Below, piece by piece: positions 11,606 to 40,577 of a stretch of 64,000 bases of DNA. The notes under the pieces were generated by a model, which was not told the origin of the DNA, searched no databases, and worked only from the letters and a program-made list of their open reading frames with translations. Within the stretch, counting starts at the first letter, position 1; each line of letters starts with the position of its first letter. A program made the translations under genes and the position numbers. The DNA lies in NCBI GenBank assembly GCA_964035545.1, contig OZ037766.1, positions 6,996,722-7,060,721 of the forward strand, in the 5' to 3' direction. This DNA is from Bugula neritina (taxonomy: Eukaryota > Animalia > Bryozoa).

Positions 11606-14600
11606 ATGAGAGGAGTATATTTGGCATGCTTTCTTGTGAGTTATTAAGAAATTAGCCATTATTATCACGTTCATTTTACTAATACTAGATATAAAGAGTA
11701 TTTTGGTAATTATTATATTATAACTGTACTTATAGTATGTTTATAACATAGCATATTTATCATGCTATATATATTTTCAAAGTACAAGTATTTTTCCCAT
11801 ACAGTTGATGATGTTGGTTGTGAGATCACTCTCTGTACGAATAGATGGAAAGGCCATGAGCATAGATGATGCAATTGTTCAAGCCGCAGCCAATCGATCT
11901 ATGTGTAAGAAATCACACATTTTTAATTTTTTCGTCAGCAGGTGATTCATTGGCTCTCAATTGGTGAAAAAATTACCAGACGCCGCCTCTTAAATAGCAT
12001 AATTGCTACCATGCAACAACTATATTTAAAGCCATATAATAATTAGCAACAAATTTATCTGGTGATTTGAACAAAAATCCTTTTGCTTTGTGCATTTGTT
12101 TACTAATGTTTAGGCACTAGCCAGCTAGCTAAAAACGGTACTTTTTGCTCAACATTTACTATAATATATAAAATAATTTTTTAAATATTTCATTGCTGGA
12201 CAATTAACCAGTTTAATTATTTAATGTGACTACAAAGTAATAATAAAATGCTTTTTAATCTTATTGCATAATAGTTATTTTTCAGTTTATATGTATGTTA
12301 TAGTTATATTAAAACAATTCAATTGGGCATTTTGTTACAAATTTATGTATTTCAATTTTATTTAGAGTGACATCACATAACTATTATAATTAATAAAATA
12401 CAACTTCCATGATGCTTTTAGAATTTGTTGGTTTTACACTCAAGCATATAATACTTTTTGTAGCAAAGGTGTACGAGCTGATGCAAGATGAAGGCATAGT
12501 AATGGTTGAACTAGATATGCTATTCAAGCTGGACACTTATTTGAAAATTCAAAAAGTAAGGCCATATTTTAATACTCATGTAATCAAATATTTTTTATAA
12601 TTATTATATATTTTGAGTAAAATGACTTTATTTGCAAAAACTACTTATTATAGCTTTCAAAACACAACATAAATTAACAAATCATTGAAAAGCTTACAGA
12701 TTTTTAAAAACAATTAACCTTCAGTTTTTTGGTTGGTAAATTTCCGGGTCAGAAGGATGCTCATATCAAACAGATTGTAATTGTGTAGGCGTGTGTTATG
12801 TAACAGTAGATGTGCAACAACTGTTGCTTGATTTAGGAAATTGAAGCAGCTGCTGCTGCAGGACAGCACAGCAGGAAGAAGAGAAAAGCTACAAGTGAAA
12901 TAGCTAAAAGGTGGACTGGAAGGAGAGTTCCTTATATTATATCTAATGAGTTTAGTAAGTGTATAGTGTGTAGAGGTATATATTATATCTAATGAGTTTA
13001 GTAAGTATATATAGTGTGTAGAGGTATATATTATATCTAATGAGTTTAGTAAGTATATATAGTGTGTAGAGGTATATATTATATCTAATGAGTTTAGTAA
13101 GTATATAGTGTGTAGAGGTATATATTATATCTAATGAGTTTAGTAAGTATATAGTGTGTAGAGGTATATATTATATCTAATGAGTTTAGTAAGTATATAG
13201 TGTGTAGAGGTATATATTATATCTAATGAGTTTAGTAAGTATATAGTCTGTGTAGAGGTATATATTATATCTATATCTATATCTATATTATATCTATAGT
13301 AGTATAGTAATATAGTAATATAGTAATATAATAATATAGTAATATAGTAACATAGTTGCGTTTATTACTAGCATACCCGGAGAGACAGCTGATAATGGAT
13401 GCAATAGATGAATACCATCGTCACACTTGTATAAGGTTTGTATCAGCCCAAGGTTATGAAAAGAACAAAATTATGTTTCAAAATGGCGGCGGGTGCTCTT
13501 CGTTTGTTGGAATGGTTGGTGATACACAGGCTATTCGCCTTGCCCCTGGCTGCCGATACGTAAGTTCTGCATCTAGAATTAAGTAAAAAATGTCTAAACG
13601 TAATATAAATTGAATGTATAATAAAAAGTTGTAGATGTGTTTGATTTAAACACTGCAAGACACACTTATAGGTGCAGTAGTGGAGAAATTAAGATAGCCT
13701 AAGTTCTTTAAATTTTTTCATAGACTTTGGTCTGGGGTGGGGGATAAATATTTGTTTGCAAAAACATAAATTTTTTTTCAACATTTCTAATCTAGAACAC
13801 AGGCTTTTCTCAATTTTTCCATTATTGCACCTGCCTCACAAAACACTGGAGGTAGCAATTGATAACAAAATGTCAATGTCATTTTAGAAAGGTATAATTA
13901 TCCACGAGATTGGCCATGCTATTGGATTTCATCACGAGCAGACGAGACCTGATCGAGACAACTATGTGAGAATTGAAAACCGTAACATTCAACAAGGTGT
14001 GGAGTACAACTTTATGAAATACACGAGTGAACAAGTCAAAAGTTATGGAGTGGCGTATGATTACCTCAGTGTCATGCACTATGGGCAACGGGTATAGCTA
14101 ACCATCTCTAGTCTGACAATTTACTTATCTGATTAGTATAGTTAATGCTAGAAGTGTGATGAGACTTTGTAATGTTCAAGTTTTATATGTTTGAACTACC
14201 TATATAAATCTAGATAAAATAATGCCTTATGGTTATAATGAAGCTAAAAGTTATCGTACGACTCGCTCAAGTTTCTAATCGCCATCCCTCTGACAAAACT
14301 CCTGATGGAAAGGGTTTTTTGCTAAATCGGCCAAGGACTTGTTTTAATGAAGCACAGGAGCAATTATGAGTGGATGCTCTTCCTAACATCACCAATGGTC
14401 TTTACTGGGGTTTGAACCCATGACTCCGTGTTTACTAGGCATACACTCTAACCCCTAGACCACGGCTGCTCTCTCTGAAAGGTATTATACATTATTAGAA
14501 TGTTTAGATTAAGGAATGCATAATTTTTACTATGATATTATTTACTATATATGCATTTATTGTAATACAAGTGATGATTTCCTTATTGTCACATTAAAGG

Positions 14601-17600
14601 CGTTTAGTCGAAATGGACAGCCGACTATCATTACATTGGACAGAAAGTATCAGGAGGTTATAGGAAATCGAGACGGCTTAAGCTTTAAGGATATTGAACT
14701 AGCGAACAAAATTTATGACTGCGCATCAGGTTAGATGTTCATAAATAAAAAATAACCTGACTGCATGGTATGATTAAGACAGTAAAGCTTCAATATTAAG
14801 TTGCCATCTCTAGACTTTTCACACCGTGGAGTCTTAACCTGCAAATTAAATACCAAACCTTGCAGGTAGTATAACAAAGAGCTCAAGTATCATTAAAATT
14901 GGATATCAGATAGAAGTGCTCATTGTTTAAATTTTGTTAGTTTGCTTGGCTTTTCAGCCAGTGTTTGGTTGACATCTAATAATAATTGCTCTACCCTGAG
15001 CTCACTTATTCCATAGTAGCCTAATGCAGAGAATTGCACTCTGTTCACTGCTTTCTCCTGCACATCCAGCATTCCCAAATACTCCCCAAGTTTTCTTATG
15101 GCTTCCAGTGCTCTCACAACAGCTAGTATCACTGTTAGCAGTTCATCTTATGAACTTCGATCTATTGTAATTCAAAACATTCTTTTTATCTTTTTATCCT
15201 TTCTCTTTGTTCTGCTGTGTCATGCTGATTTCCAACCCACAGTAAATTTTTATTATTTCTCATCATTAATAATATTGTAATTATTATTATTTAGCTAATT
15301 TTTTTGTGGCATCTTCAATCTTTAAAAATATTATATCAAAGATCATTTTTATAATTTATTACAATTTAGGTTTAAGCTTTTATATAAATTAATGTGTTTC
15401 CTCACTAACTTACATAACTTTGTAACATAGTTAATGGATGCCCTTCAACACCCTGTGGGAAGGGTTTTCGGGGAGCAGGCTGCAAGTGTTGGTGTGATTC
15501 TGGAGACAGAAAAAACCCACTTGTAGAATGTGGCACTTCAGTTGGTAAGTTGTTAATCACTGTGCACAGTAAAGCTGTTTGTTCTTTTGGATGATACGAT
15601 ATTTTAACCGCTCACCCACACTCATGCAAACTTGATCGGTTTGCAAAAATGTGACCCAAGTATGATAGTTTAAAAGTTTGCAGAATAAACATCCTATTAC
15701 AATGTTGTATGGCATCAATAGGCTTACAAGCAATGGTCAGTTGATGTTATAGTGCTCATTTTATAGGTAGCCTACGGACCACTACCACCGAGACTCCCAG
15801 AAGAACCCCGGCCCCAACTACATGCAGTGATCGATCAGGAAACTGCGTCTACTGGGCACAGCATGGCTACTGTACAAGCTCATACCAATCCTACATGAAG
15901 AAATACTGCCAGCGTAGCTGTAACTACTGCTATGGTAAGTTCAGCAGTGTGTCAGTGTAAGTACTGTAGTATGTGAGTAATATAATTTGCATATTTTTAT
16001 TATAAATACATGGCCGAGCTTTGCCTTGTATAAATTTTAAAACTATGCATTACAAGCACACATGGATATTTTAATGTGGTAAAGATTTTTTGTGTATGCA
16101 TGCTTATACTTGGCCACGATAAGGCTCTTTGTTAAAAACATATGAGGTGGGTGCAATAAGGGAGAAATTGAGAAAAGCCTGTGTTCTGGATTAAAAATGT
16201 AGCAAAAGAAGTTATGTTCTCCAAAAATTTCAGCCTATGCCCCCAAACCAAAATTTAATACAAAAAATTAAAGAACTTGTGCTATCTCATTTTTTCCACT
16301 ATTGTACCTAAATGAAAAATACGCAGTTCGTTTTGTAATCTGTAAGCTTAATACTTTAGATGCAATGAAATGAGCAAAATTTGAAACCCATAACAATTGC
16401 AATAATATGTTGGGCTGTGGCCAAGACTTGTGCTGCAAATACCTTAGATTTTGTAGTGGCTGCAACAACTCCAATGCCAACGCCACCAGTAGCTGGTTGC
16501 TCTGACAACAGCAAGTACTGCTCTAGTTGGGCACAGCGGGGAGAATGTTCCAGAAACCCTTCCTATATGAGTGTCAACTGTAAGAGGTCATGCAACCTTT
16601 GCAGGACTGTAGTCCCACGTGAGTTAATTTTTACATACTTTTTGGTGTTTCAGCCTTATTGTTGAAATAGTAGGTTATATTTTGCTAATGTGATAAGTAA
16701 TAAAAGTTTGTTAATAATTATTCTTCAATAATGAAAATACTTTTGCTCCACATATATTTAATCAAATTAACCTCATTAAGCAAGTTAAGATAATATTTTA
16801 TGACTAAAAACATCAAAAATTTGTTTATTGAATGCAGCAGTAAGAAATAAAAAAAAAATTATTCTTTATTTATTCTATTATTATGAGATTATTTTTGCTT
16901 TATACTTAATCAAATTAACTTCATCAAGCAAATTAATACAGTTTTATGACTTAAAATAATCTTAAATCTGTTTATATTTATTACTATAAATAGTCATAGA
17001 TATTTGGTAGTGAATTTGTATATAATAGAAAATTCATGTGATGGTGTTTCTTATTAGGTTATATAAGAAATTAAATTAGAAGACATTTACTGTACTGGTA
17101 AAGTGTGTAATATTTTATCACGGTATAATATAATACAACATAAAATAATATTTTGATATAATAAATTGTAGAGTGTCGGGATAGAAACTCCAACTGCCTT
17201 GCGTGGGCCAGATATTGCAACGGGCCAAGTCAATGGCACAGGACATATCTCCGGATGAACTGTATGAGGACATGTCAGGCTTGTGCAGGAAATGATGTAA
17301 GTAGCTTTTATAATACTTTTATAAATATATGTATATATATTATATATGAATAGAATAAAAATTTGTATGTTTAAAGTCTTTGTTACTATGGGAACCCCTG
17401 AAGTAAAAGATTTATTTGAGTGGCCAAAGACTCTATATTGTGGCCAAGAAACAATTGTGACCAAATGCCCTTTCCTTAACATCACCAATAGCGTTTACTG
17501 AGGTTAGAACCGCTGACTTTGTGTTTACTAAGTCAGTGCTCTAACCACTAGATCACAGCTGCTCCTTACTTACTTATATGAATTTTAGACAAAAACTATA

Positions 17601-18039
17601 CAGTATATATAGTATATATAGTATATATAGTATATATAGTATATATAGTATATATAGTATATATAGTCTATATAGTATATATAGTATATATACTATATAT
17701 AGTATATATACTATATATACTATATATACTATATATACTGTATATACTATATATAGTAGCTCTGCCTGCTGTGATATTTAAACCTTTTTAACACAAATTT
17801 GCTCTATATAGCTGAAATAATTTGCCTTTACTAAAAATAATTTGTGTACAGCAATTTGTTATAACAAATATTTATTTTAGCCGATAGACATAGCTCTGGA
17901 GAATGACTCAACCCAGACAGAAGTAGAATGTTCTGACAGAGAGAGTACCACATACTGTACTCTTTTCAAGTCATTTGTATGCAGCAATAATGTCCAGTAC
18001 AGGTGTGCTAAAACATGCAACGTATGCAATAAGAAATAG
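11606..18039 (+). CDS. Astacin (M12A) metalloprotease, EGF-like + 4 ShK domains, paralog A (529 aa, 12 exons)
   Basis: Exons 11606-11635, 11805-11904, 12464-12555, 12837-12954, 13372-13559, 13888-14091, 14600-14729, 15431-15544, 15767-15934, 16457-16618, 17172-17296, 17881-18039. Motifs: prodomain ELDML, furin-type RKKR|KA, zinc motif [19 protein letters not shown], Met-turn [16 protein letters not shown], four six-Cys ShK domains. Confidence 0.95.
12933..13272 (+). repeat. 46/48-bp minisatellite spanning a 5' splice site (7 donor copies)
   Basis: Unit tatattatatctaatgagttta|gtaagtatatagtgtgtagaggta. TTTAGTAAGT starts at 12951, 12997, 13045, 13093, 13139, 13185 and 13231. Confidence 0.97.
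13670..13832. mobile_element. Short MITE with ~32-bp imperfect TIRs (AGGTGCA...TGCACCT)
   Basis: aggtgcagtagtggagaaattaagatagcct pairs with aggcttttctcaatttttccattattgcacct. Related fragments occur near 7050-7092, 16150-16270 and 45666-45775. Confidence 0.65.
14282..14471 (-). mobile_element. tRNA-derived SINE
   Basis: On the - strand: A-box TGGTCTAGGGG, B-box GGTTCAAACC, then a body ...cattggtgatgttaggaagagcatcc... shared with copies at ~17385, 55144 and 58640. Confidence 0.8.
14990..15250 (-). mobile_element. Decayed 3' fragment of an RLE-type (R4/NeSL-like) non-LTR retrotransposon
   Basis: [24 protein letters not shown]...RVQFSALG resembles the VIPxVVGALGxxxKxLxxxLxxL...Q.SALLG C-terminus of restriction-like-endonuclease LINEs. 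Recognised by eye only. Confidence 0.45.
17385..17564 (-). mobile_element. tRNA-derived SINE, diverged copy
   Basis: Aligns by eye to 14282-14471 (ttcc.taacatcaccaat...gtgtttacta...ctaaccactagatcacagctgctc). Confidence 0.65.
17602..17757. repeat. 9-bp tandem repeat (AGTATATAT)n grading into (ACTATATAT)n
   Basis: Direct reading; lies in intron 11 of astacin A. Confidence 0.95.
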
Positions 18040-19068
18040 CTATGACATGTTTTGTACCACAGCTTTACAATATATCCTAATATGCTACACTGCATGTATA
18101 TGGTTCAATTTATTTTTTATTTGACTTTAGTTGTTCTTTTATAACAATCTTTAGATTTATTTAAACGGAACATAGAATAGAGTGTTATATATACTTATTA
18201 TGTATAATAAATATATTTTATTGAAAAAGCACCTACTTATATTTAACAAAATTCTTTTATGACAAAAATCCATCCATAATGAAAGTTGTTAAACAGTGGC
18301 CTAATCCTTTCAAAGGAGCAAGATTCGGTATTTCAAAGAGCTACTGACTTATATTATGATTTGCTAAAAACAAACGTTTAATTCAAGAGTTGTCTTCACC
18401 TTATTAGCTTTGTTAATTTGCTGGGAGATTTTCTAAAATGGCAATATGGTCCATGGGCTATGCAGCCTAGCATTTTGGATTGAATATTTCATTGAAAAAA
18501 AGGAAAAAACATAGAACTTACCTGCAAAGGCAATGATGTAATAAATTTACGTATTTTATCAACTTCTAAATATTATTTACAATATCTCTACATATAATAT
18601 GTATAGAGCTAATTATTCTCATATTTAATTTGCAAAACTGTGCTGCTTGCAATTTTTATGCTGTAAATGATGATGTAATCTAGCATCTTTATTTTGACAA
18701 ACGAGCTAGTAAGTTAATTTATTATTAATCACCATAAAAAGCAGAAAAAGTAAGTATAAATATAACGTACTTTATATTATATATGCATAAGTTTAGTTGT
18801 GAGTTAGAATATAATGTATCATTGATGCAAGCAAGTATTCAGCCAGCTTTACTCAGTTTTAAAAACATATTTTTCCATTTGTTACTTCAAATTAATAGAT
18901 CTATTCTGAAGAAGCTTGAGATATCATCAATAAGATATTTTAGAAGATTATAATAACTGTGAACCAAAACTAAAGTATATTATTACATTATACAACTTGA
19001 AGTCTTAACATAAATCATTATGTGAATTACAGTGCCAAGTTAGAGTTTAAGATCTGATTAAGCGCATT

Positions 19069-35359
<16,291 letters not shown>

Positions 35360-36302
35360 TTCTCAGGCTCAAGCTTGTCTAGGTATTTCTTTTAATAAAA
35401 CTTCAACTGAATGAATTTGTAAGATTTTTAACTTAAATATATATTACGTGACAAGAAGACTTGTCAAATGTGATGCATGTTTTTGACTCTGTAATAAAGA
35501 TATAATTGAATACTTATAGCCAATGTATTAAACACATGATGTATGCGCAATAATATAATGGCATTGTATCTATATAATCAGCCAGATAATCACTATGTGC
35601 TCTTACAGCCATTCACACTATTCACCAGTGTAATGTACAAATGTGTTGAATAATCTTGTATGAATGACTCTTTCAAATTGAAACTCATTTTTATTGTACT
35701 AGTGACTCATATAAAATTGAGCAAAATAATAGCTGACTCTAGAACAAAGGCTGTGTTTTTAGATAATAAGCCTTACAAAAAGAAGGGGGGAGGTTATTGT
35801 AAATTGTTTTAGCACCGTAAACAATCCAAAGCAATCAAGGAATTTGGGCTGTTAAAACTTCTTCATTGCTGCAGCACTCAAGTATTCATTTGTACTTATA
35901 TTATAGGCAATACTTTATTATTGCAAAACACACTCTGGAACTACTAATGATCAGAACCTAACAGTGAATGTGTTAACAATCTCATAGAAAATACCACACA
36001 GCATATAAATGCATAACATAAAATTTAAATTATTAATTCTTCTGCATAAATGATTGTGGCGCAAAAGTTAGACGAACTGAATCTATGCAAAAGCTAAATA
36101 AGACTAAATAAATACATACAATGAAGTAATCACAGTTAAAGTTAGATATAATATTTTATAATTTATAATTTTATATACATTATAAAGTTAGGGCTGCAAT
36201 TTGTATGAAATTAAAAACAAAGTGGAACTGCTTATACAAGCATTATGATATACATCAGATGAATCGCATAACTGTTGTGTAATTGTATAACATTCAATAG
36301 AG

Positions 36303-39300
36303 TTAGCAAGCCTGGCAAGTTTTCGAGCACATCTTCCTGACCAATGGGCTGTCAGCGCACCTTGACTTGTAAAGCTTGCATTCATTTGTTGGTTTCATGT
36401 CGTAGCATGTGGCCTTAACTTTTACTGTTATTGGGTTATTTTGAGGCTACAACAAATTAAATAATACTGATTATTAACATTATAATGTATATTGCTGTGT
36501 TTCCATTACTTCAAATTACGCAAATGGATGCTCATATGGATGAATTTATGATTGTGGCTTCATTTGATGCAACTATTTCTAAATATCAAACAAAAAATCC
36601 ATTTGCAGAAACTTGGAAAGTAGTAAATAATAGCTAGTTTGTACTACCAAGATTATGCTTTTAGATAACTCTGCTGCGGTTTGAACTTAACACTAAATAA
36701 ACATCCCTGGTGTGCCTTATGGGTATCAAATAGTGTGGCCTACCAAATGTCTGATCAAAGCTATCAAATGAAATCTCATCTACAGTCTTCTTGTTTTTGC
36801 TCAAGAGTTTAAGAATGAGGAAACTTAAGATTTAGTTATTATTAAGCACTGAGTGTGTAGATTTTAGAAACATTCACACTCTGCGTAGGAAAGCTCTATC
36901 ATAGTATTGTTGGCTACTTACCTGGCTAAATGAAGGAGTACACAGGTTACACGACTTCCTACAGTTCATGTGTAACTCCTGCATCAAAACTGGGGAGTCA
37001 CAGAGGTCTACCAATGTCTCACAGAGAGTACTGGAATCTGTACAAGCTGCAATATCACATTCTAGAATATAGCCTCAGTGGTAAATAACTGGTGCAGGAG
37101 CTATACCAAGTAACATACTGTTAACATTATAGACTAATCAATTATAGTAAGCCTACAAAGTAACTAGAAAAGATGACAAAAAAGAATGAAAATATATTTT
37201 GAGCGAACAGAAAAGATTATTATTATACATGCAATAAAAATATTAGGAAAAGAATAGCTGACAAGGAGAAAGCAAAAAAAGTAAAAATGGTTAAACGATA
37301 TGAATCTAAAGTATGTTCGTTAATGATCAGGATTTTAAGATGGGCTATGATCATCTGAAGCAATAGAAACTGCATAAATAATTAGAAGGAAACAGGATAT
37401 TATTTAAAAGCTTAAAACTTTTTAGGGAAAAGCTATATATTTCTAATAAAATCGCATTTCTATAGTGGTAATACTTTGAAAGTGATGTCTTTTCCCTCAT
37501 TGCTCTTTGAGATGTTTATAATGTTGGTGAAACACATACTGGTATAGTTGCAGGCCAGTATTTTAACAGGCTGTTATTGATAAAATTCATTTTTATGTTA
37601 AACCAAAAACATATTTTGAATTGAAATGATATTTAATAGTTTAACATTGTAATTGTTTTTCTTAACACGTATCTATCTAGAAAATTCCAAAAACAAAATA
37701 TGCAGCTCTTCTCATATAGCTATTACTGGAGATGAAGTATCATGCTTGATCATAGATTGACTGTAACAGTTTATAGAAGAATCAACCTATTGTAAGTAAA
37801 AATGGTAGTCTATAAATTACAGAGTAAGTAGTGTCCTTAAGTTGCGTTTATACCTCTGCTGAAAAAAGTACCGAGTTTAAGTTAATAATGCTTGTCCGGG
37901 TACCCCTTTATAGTCAAACCGAAACTCGTTGAAATCATATTGATGCGGTTGCTCACTTTCTGAAATTGAAATTTGACTCGCATAATAGCTATTTGATGCC
38001 CTTTGTAAACGTCGTGAGTTAGTGAAGCGGAAAGCATAAAAGCGATAATTGAGAAGGCGTAGGCTATGTAATTATAACCGTATAAGTACGTTGTCTAATC
38101 GCCAAAGTAATAACTAGATAACGATGTTTACAAGGAGTTATTACTCCTATTCTAAAATTGGCCGATTAAGTTATCACAGTACAAAAATTTCAACGGGTGG
38201 CTTTTACAATGCAATGCAACTCGGAGAAATTTCAACCCGGCCAAATTGAAATTTTGACCGAAAATCGTGAAGGTATAAACGCAACTTTAAATCGCTCACC
38301 TTGAACTACTTGTTTACAAGCACCACAAGACTTTTTGCATGATTCCATCATGTAGGAAGGGTTTCTTTCACACTCCCCGTTCTCGGCCCAATAATCACAA
38401 TACAAGTTATCGTCAGTACATCCAGGTGTCGAGGGTGAAGTAGATATCAATGCAGGTGCCTGTGTAGTTATTGCTAAACAAAAAATTAACGTAGGAGTTA
38501 ATGTATTCTACAAAGATTAAATGAAGTAGTTCAGTTTTTTTTACATTATAAAATCTATCTCTGAATAATTTGCTTTCCTAGCAACGAGCTTTGAAAAAAA
38601 AATTGTAGGTTATGACAAAATTTTTTTTGGAAATTACCAACATGTCATTAAAATATTATTTACATTTATGGTAAACTAGAAAGGGCTTTTTTGCGTTTTG
38701 CCTCACCGGTAATCATTTTAACATTTCTACATCAAACTACACTGCATGATTTTGCTATGTGGCTGCAATTGAGAGCTAGGACTGTAGGCACAGCTTGCCT
38801 AGAGGGTCTGTAGCACACCATAAAAGCTTTGCACATAGTTCACTAAAATTAAGTTGTTCTTGTAAATTATTCACCACGACATGTGTTGCAGCTGTATGGA
38901 CAGTTTATAGTCATGTACTCCTCGTATAATCCTGTGCATAGTTTCTGAGTGTTAGCCCAATAATCACAGTCCGTCTCCATATCCACGCAAGTCATGGGCT
39001 GATCCATTGGCACTGGGGTTACTAAAAGAATATATAACCGCTTGCTATCAACATGTGAGACTATAATAACGTTTTGATTAAATATTCATTAAACATAACT
39101 TTGTCAGTTGAATCTAGCAAAGCTTATATTAATGGGTCTAAGTTTAACATTGCCTAATAAAGCTTAAAAAAAGTATAAACTTTAAGTATGTTTATATAAG
39201 TATATTTATATTTCACATTATTCCTTTTTCAAATCATGACCAAATCAACTATTGTTTAAATTATCAGTAAGATTAGCCAAATTTGTAGCAAAATTGTAAA

Positions 39301-40507
39301 TTTAGTGAAACATTATTAATTGGGTTTAATCATGTCATATGTTTATCCAGCTTGAAGTGGCACTACAGCAGTATATAAAGCTGGTTTCTCATAGACATGC
39401 TTTAAAATGGTAGTTTATTGCTACAACTGCAACTGAGGGTACAGACTTGCATTCTAAAGAGTTGCTCTTTACCTGAAGATCCATCACACTCCTTAAGGAG
39501 GTCATACTTATCTCCAGAGTCGCACCAACACTTGCAGTCAGAACCGAGAAATCCCTCTGCACAGGTAACAACACCGCAATTATCTAAAAGAGTAACAAAT
39601 GAGTGCAGAATGTTTGCTCAGTCATTATGTATTAGAAAATATCAGAGATTGTAATATAGATATATTGGATACATATTTTCTAACCACTATTGTAACATAA
39701 AGATCTGTGTTAAATGCATTGTGAATTACTCGTACATTTGATGCTAATATTTAAGTAGATATATGCCAACTTATTGATTTACGAACGAAAAAATTTATTT
39801 ATTCTAAAATTCACAACTCTTTTGAAACAGTTTCAAAGTAATGAAATTGTTACTGAAGCCATTTTTTTTACAAACTTTGACAAGTTTGTTAATTTCATTG
39901 CAGAAATTTTTAGAGCACAAATATATCATACCTGCGATTGTTAATGACAAGCTTAAAAATATTTCAATAATAAAAAATTTGCAACAGGGTAAATTTCAAC
40001 AGTTAATGAGAGCCTGCAATGATGAAAAATTTGCAGACTAAAATAAAACATAATACTCACTTTCACCGCATTTATAAAGTTTATTAGCTAGCTCAATGTC
40101 TCTATAGCTAAAGCCATCTTGTTTACCCATTACATCCTGATATGTAGAGTCTTTGGCCACTATTGTTTTAAGCTTATTCGGCTCATCTCTACTGAATGCC
40201 TAAACAATAAAAAATGAAGTGTTGAAGAAATTTGTTACATTTAGGACATAAAGAACAACTTCATATTCATAGAAGGTTCTATCTCAATAAAGGTGATATA
40301 AAATGACTGTGTGTGTGTGTGTGTGTGCGTGCATGCGTGCGTGCGTGCGTGTTTGTGTGTGTGTTTGTGTGTGTGTGTGCGCGCGTGTGTGTGTGCTTGT
40401 GTGTGTTTGTGTGTGTTTGTGTGTGTGTGTGTTTGTGTGTGTGTGTGCGCGCGTGTGTGTGTGCTTGTGTGTGCTTGTGTGTGTGTGTGTGTGTGTTTGT
40501 GTGTGTT

Positions 40508-40577
<70 letters not shown>

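Noticed and set aside
712-13272. Regular 30-48-bp repeats as CRISPR arrays
   Set aside because: Head-to-tail units with no unique spacers, no cas genes, and a eukaryotic intronic context.
14380-14471. tRNA gene
   Set aside because: A/B boxes are present but I see no full cloverleaf, and it is attached to a repeated SINE body.
15880-15910. MKKY in astacin A ShK1 as the ShK Lys-Tyr dyad
   Set aside because: It lies directly before Cys4 rather than 5-6 residues upstream as in ShK toxin.
17578-17781. YSIYSI... ORF
   Set aside because: Translation of a 9-bp microsatellite.
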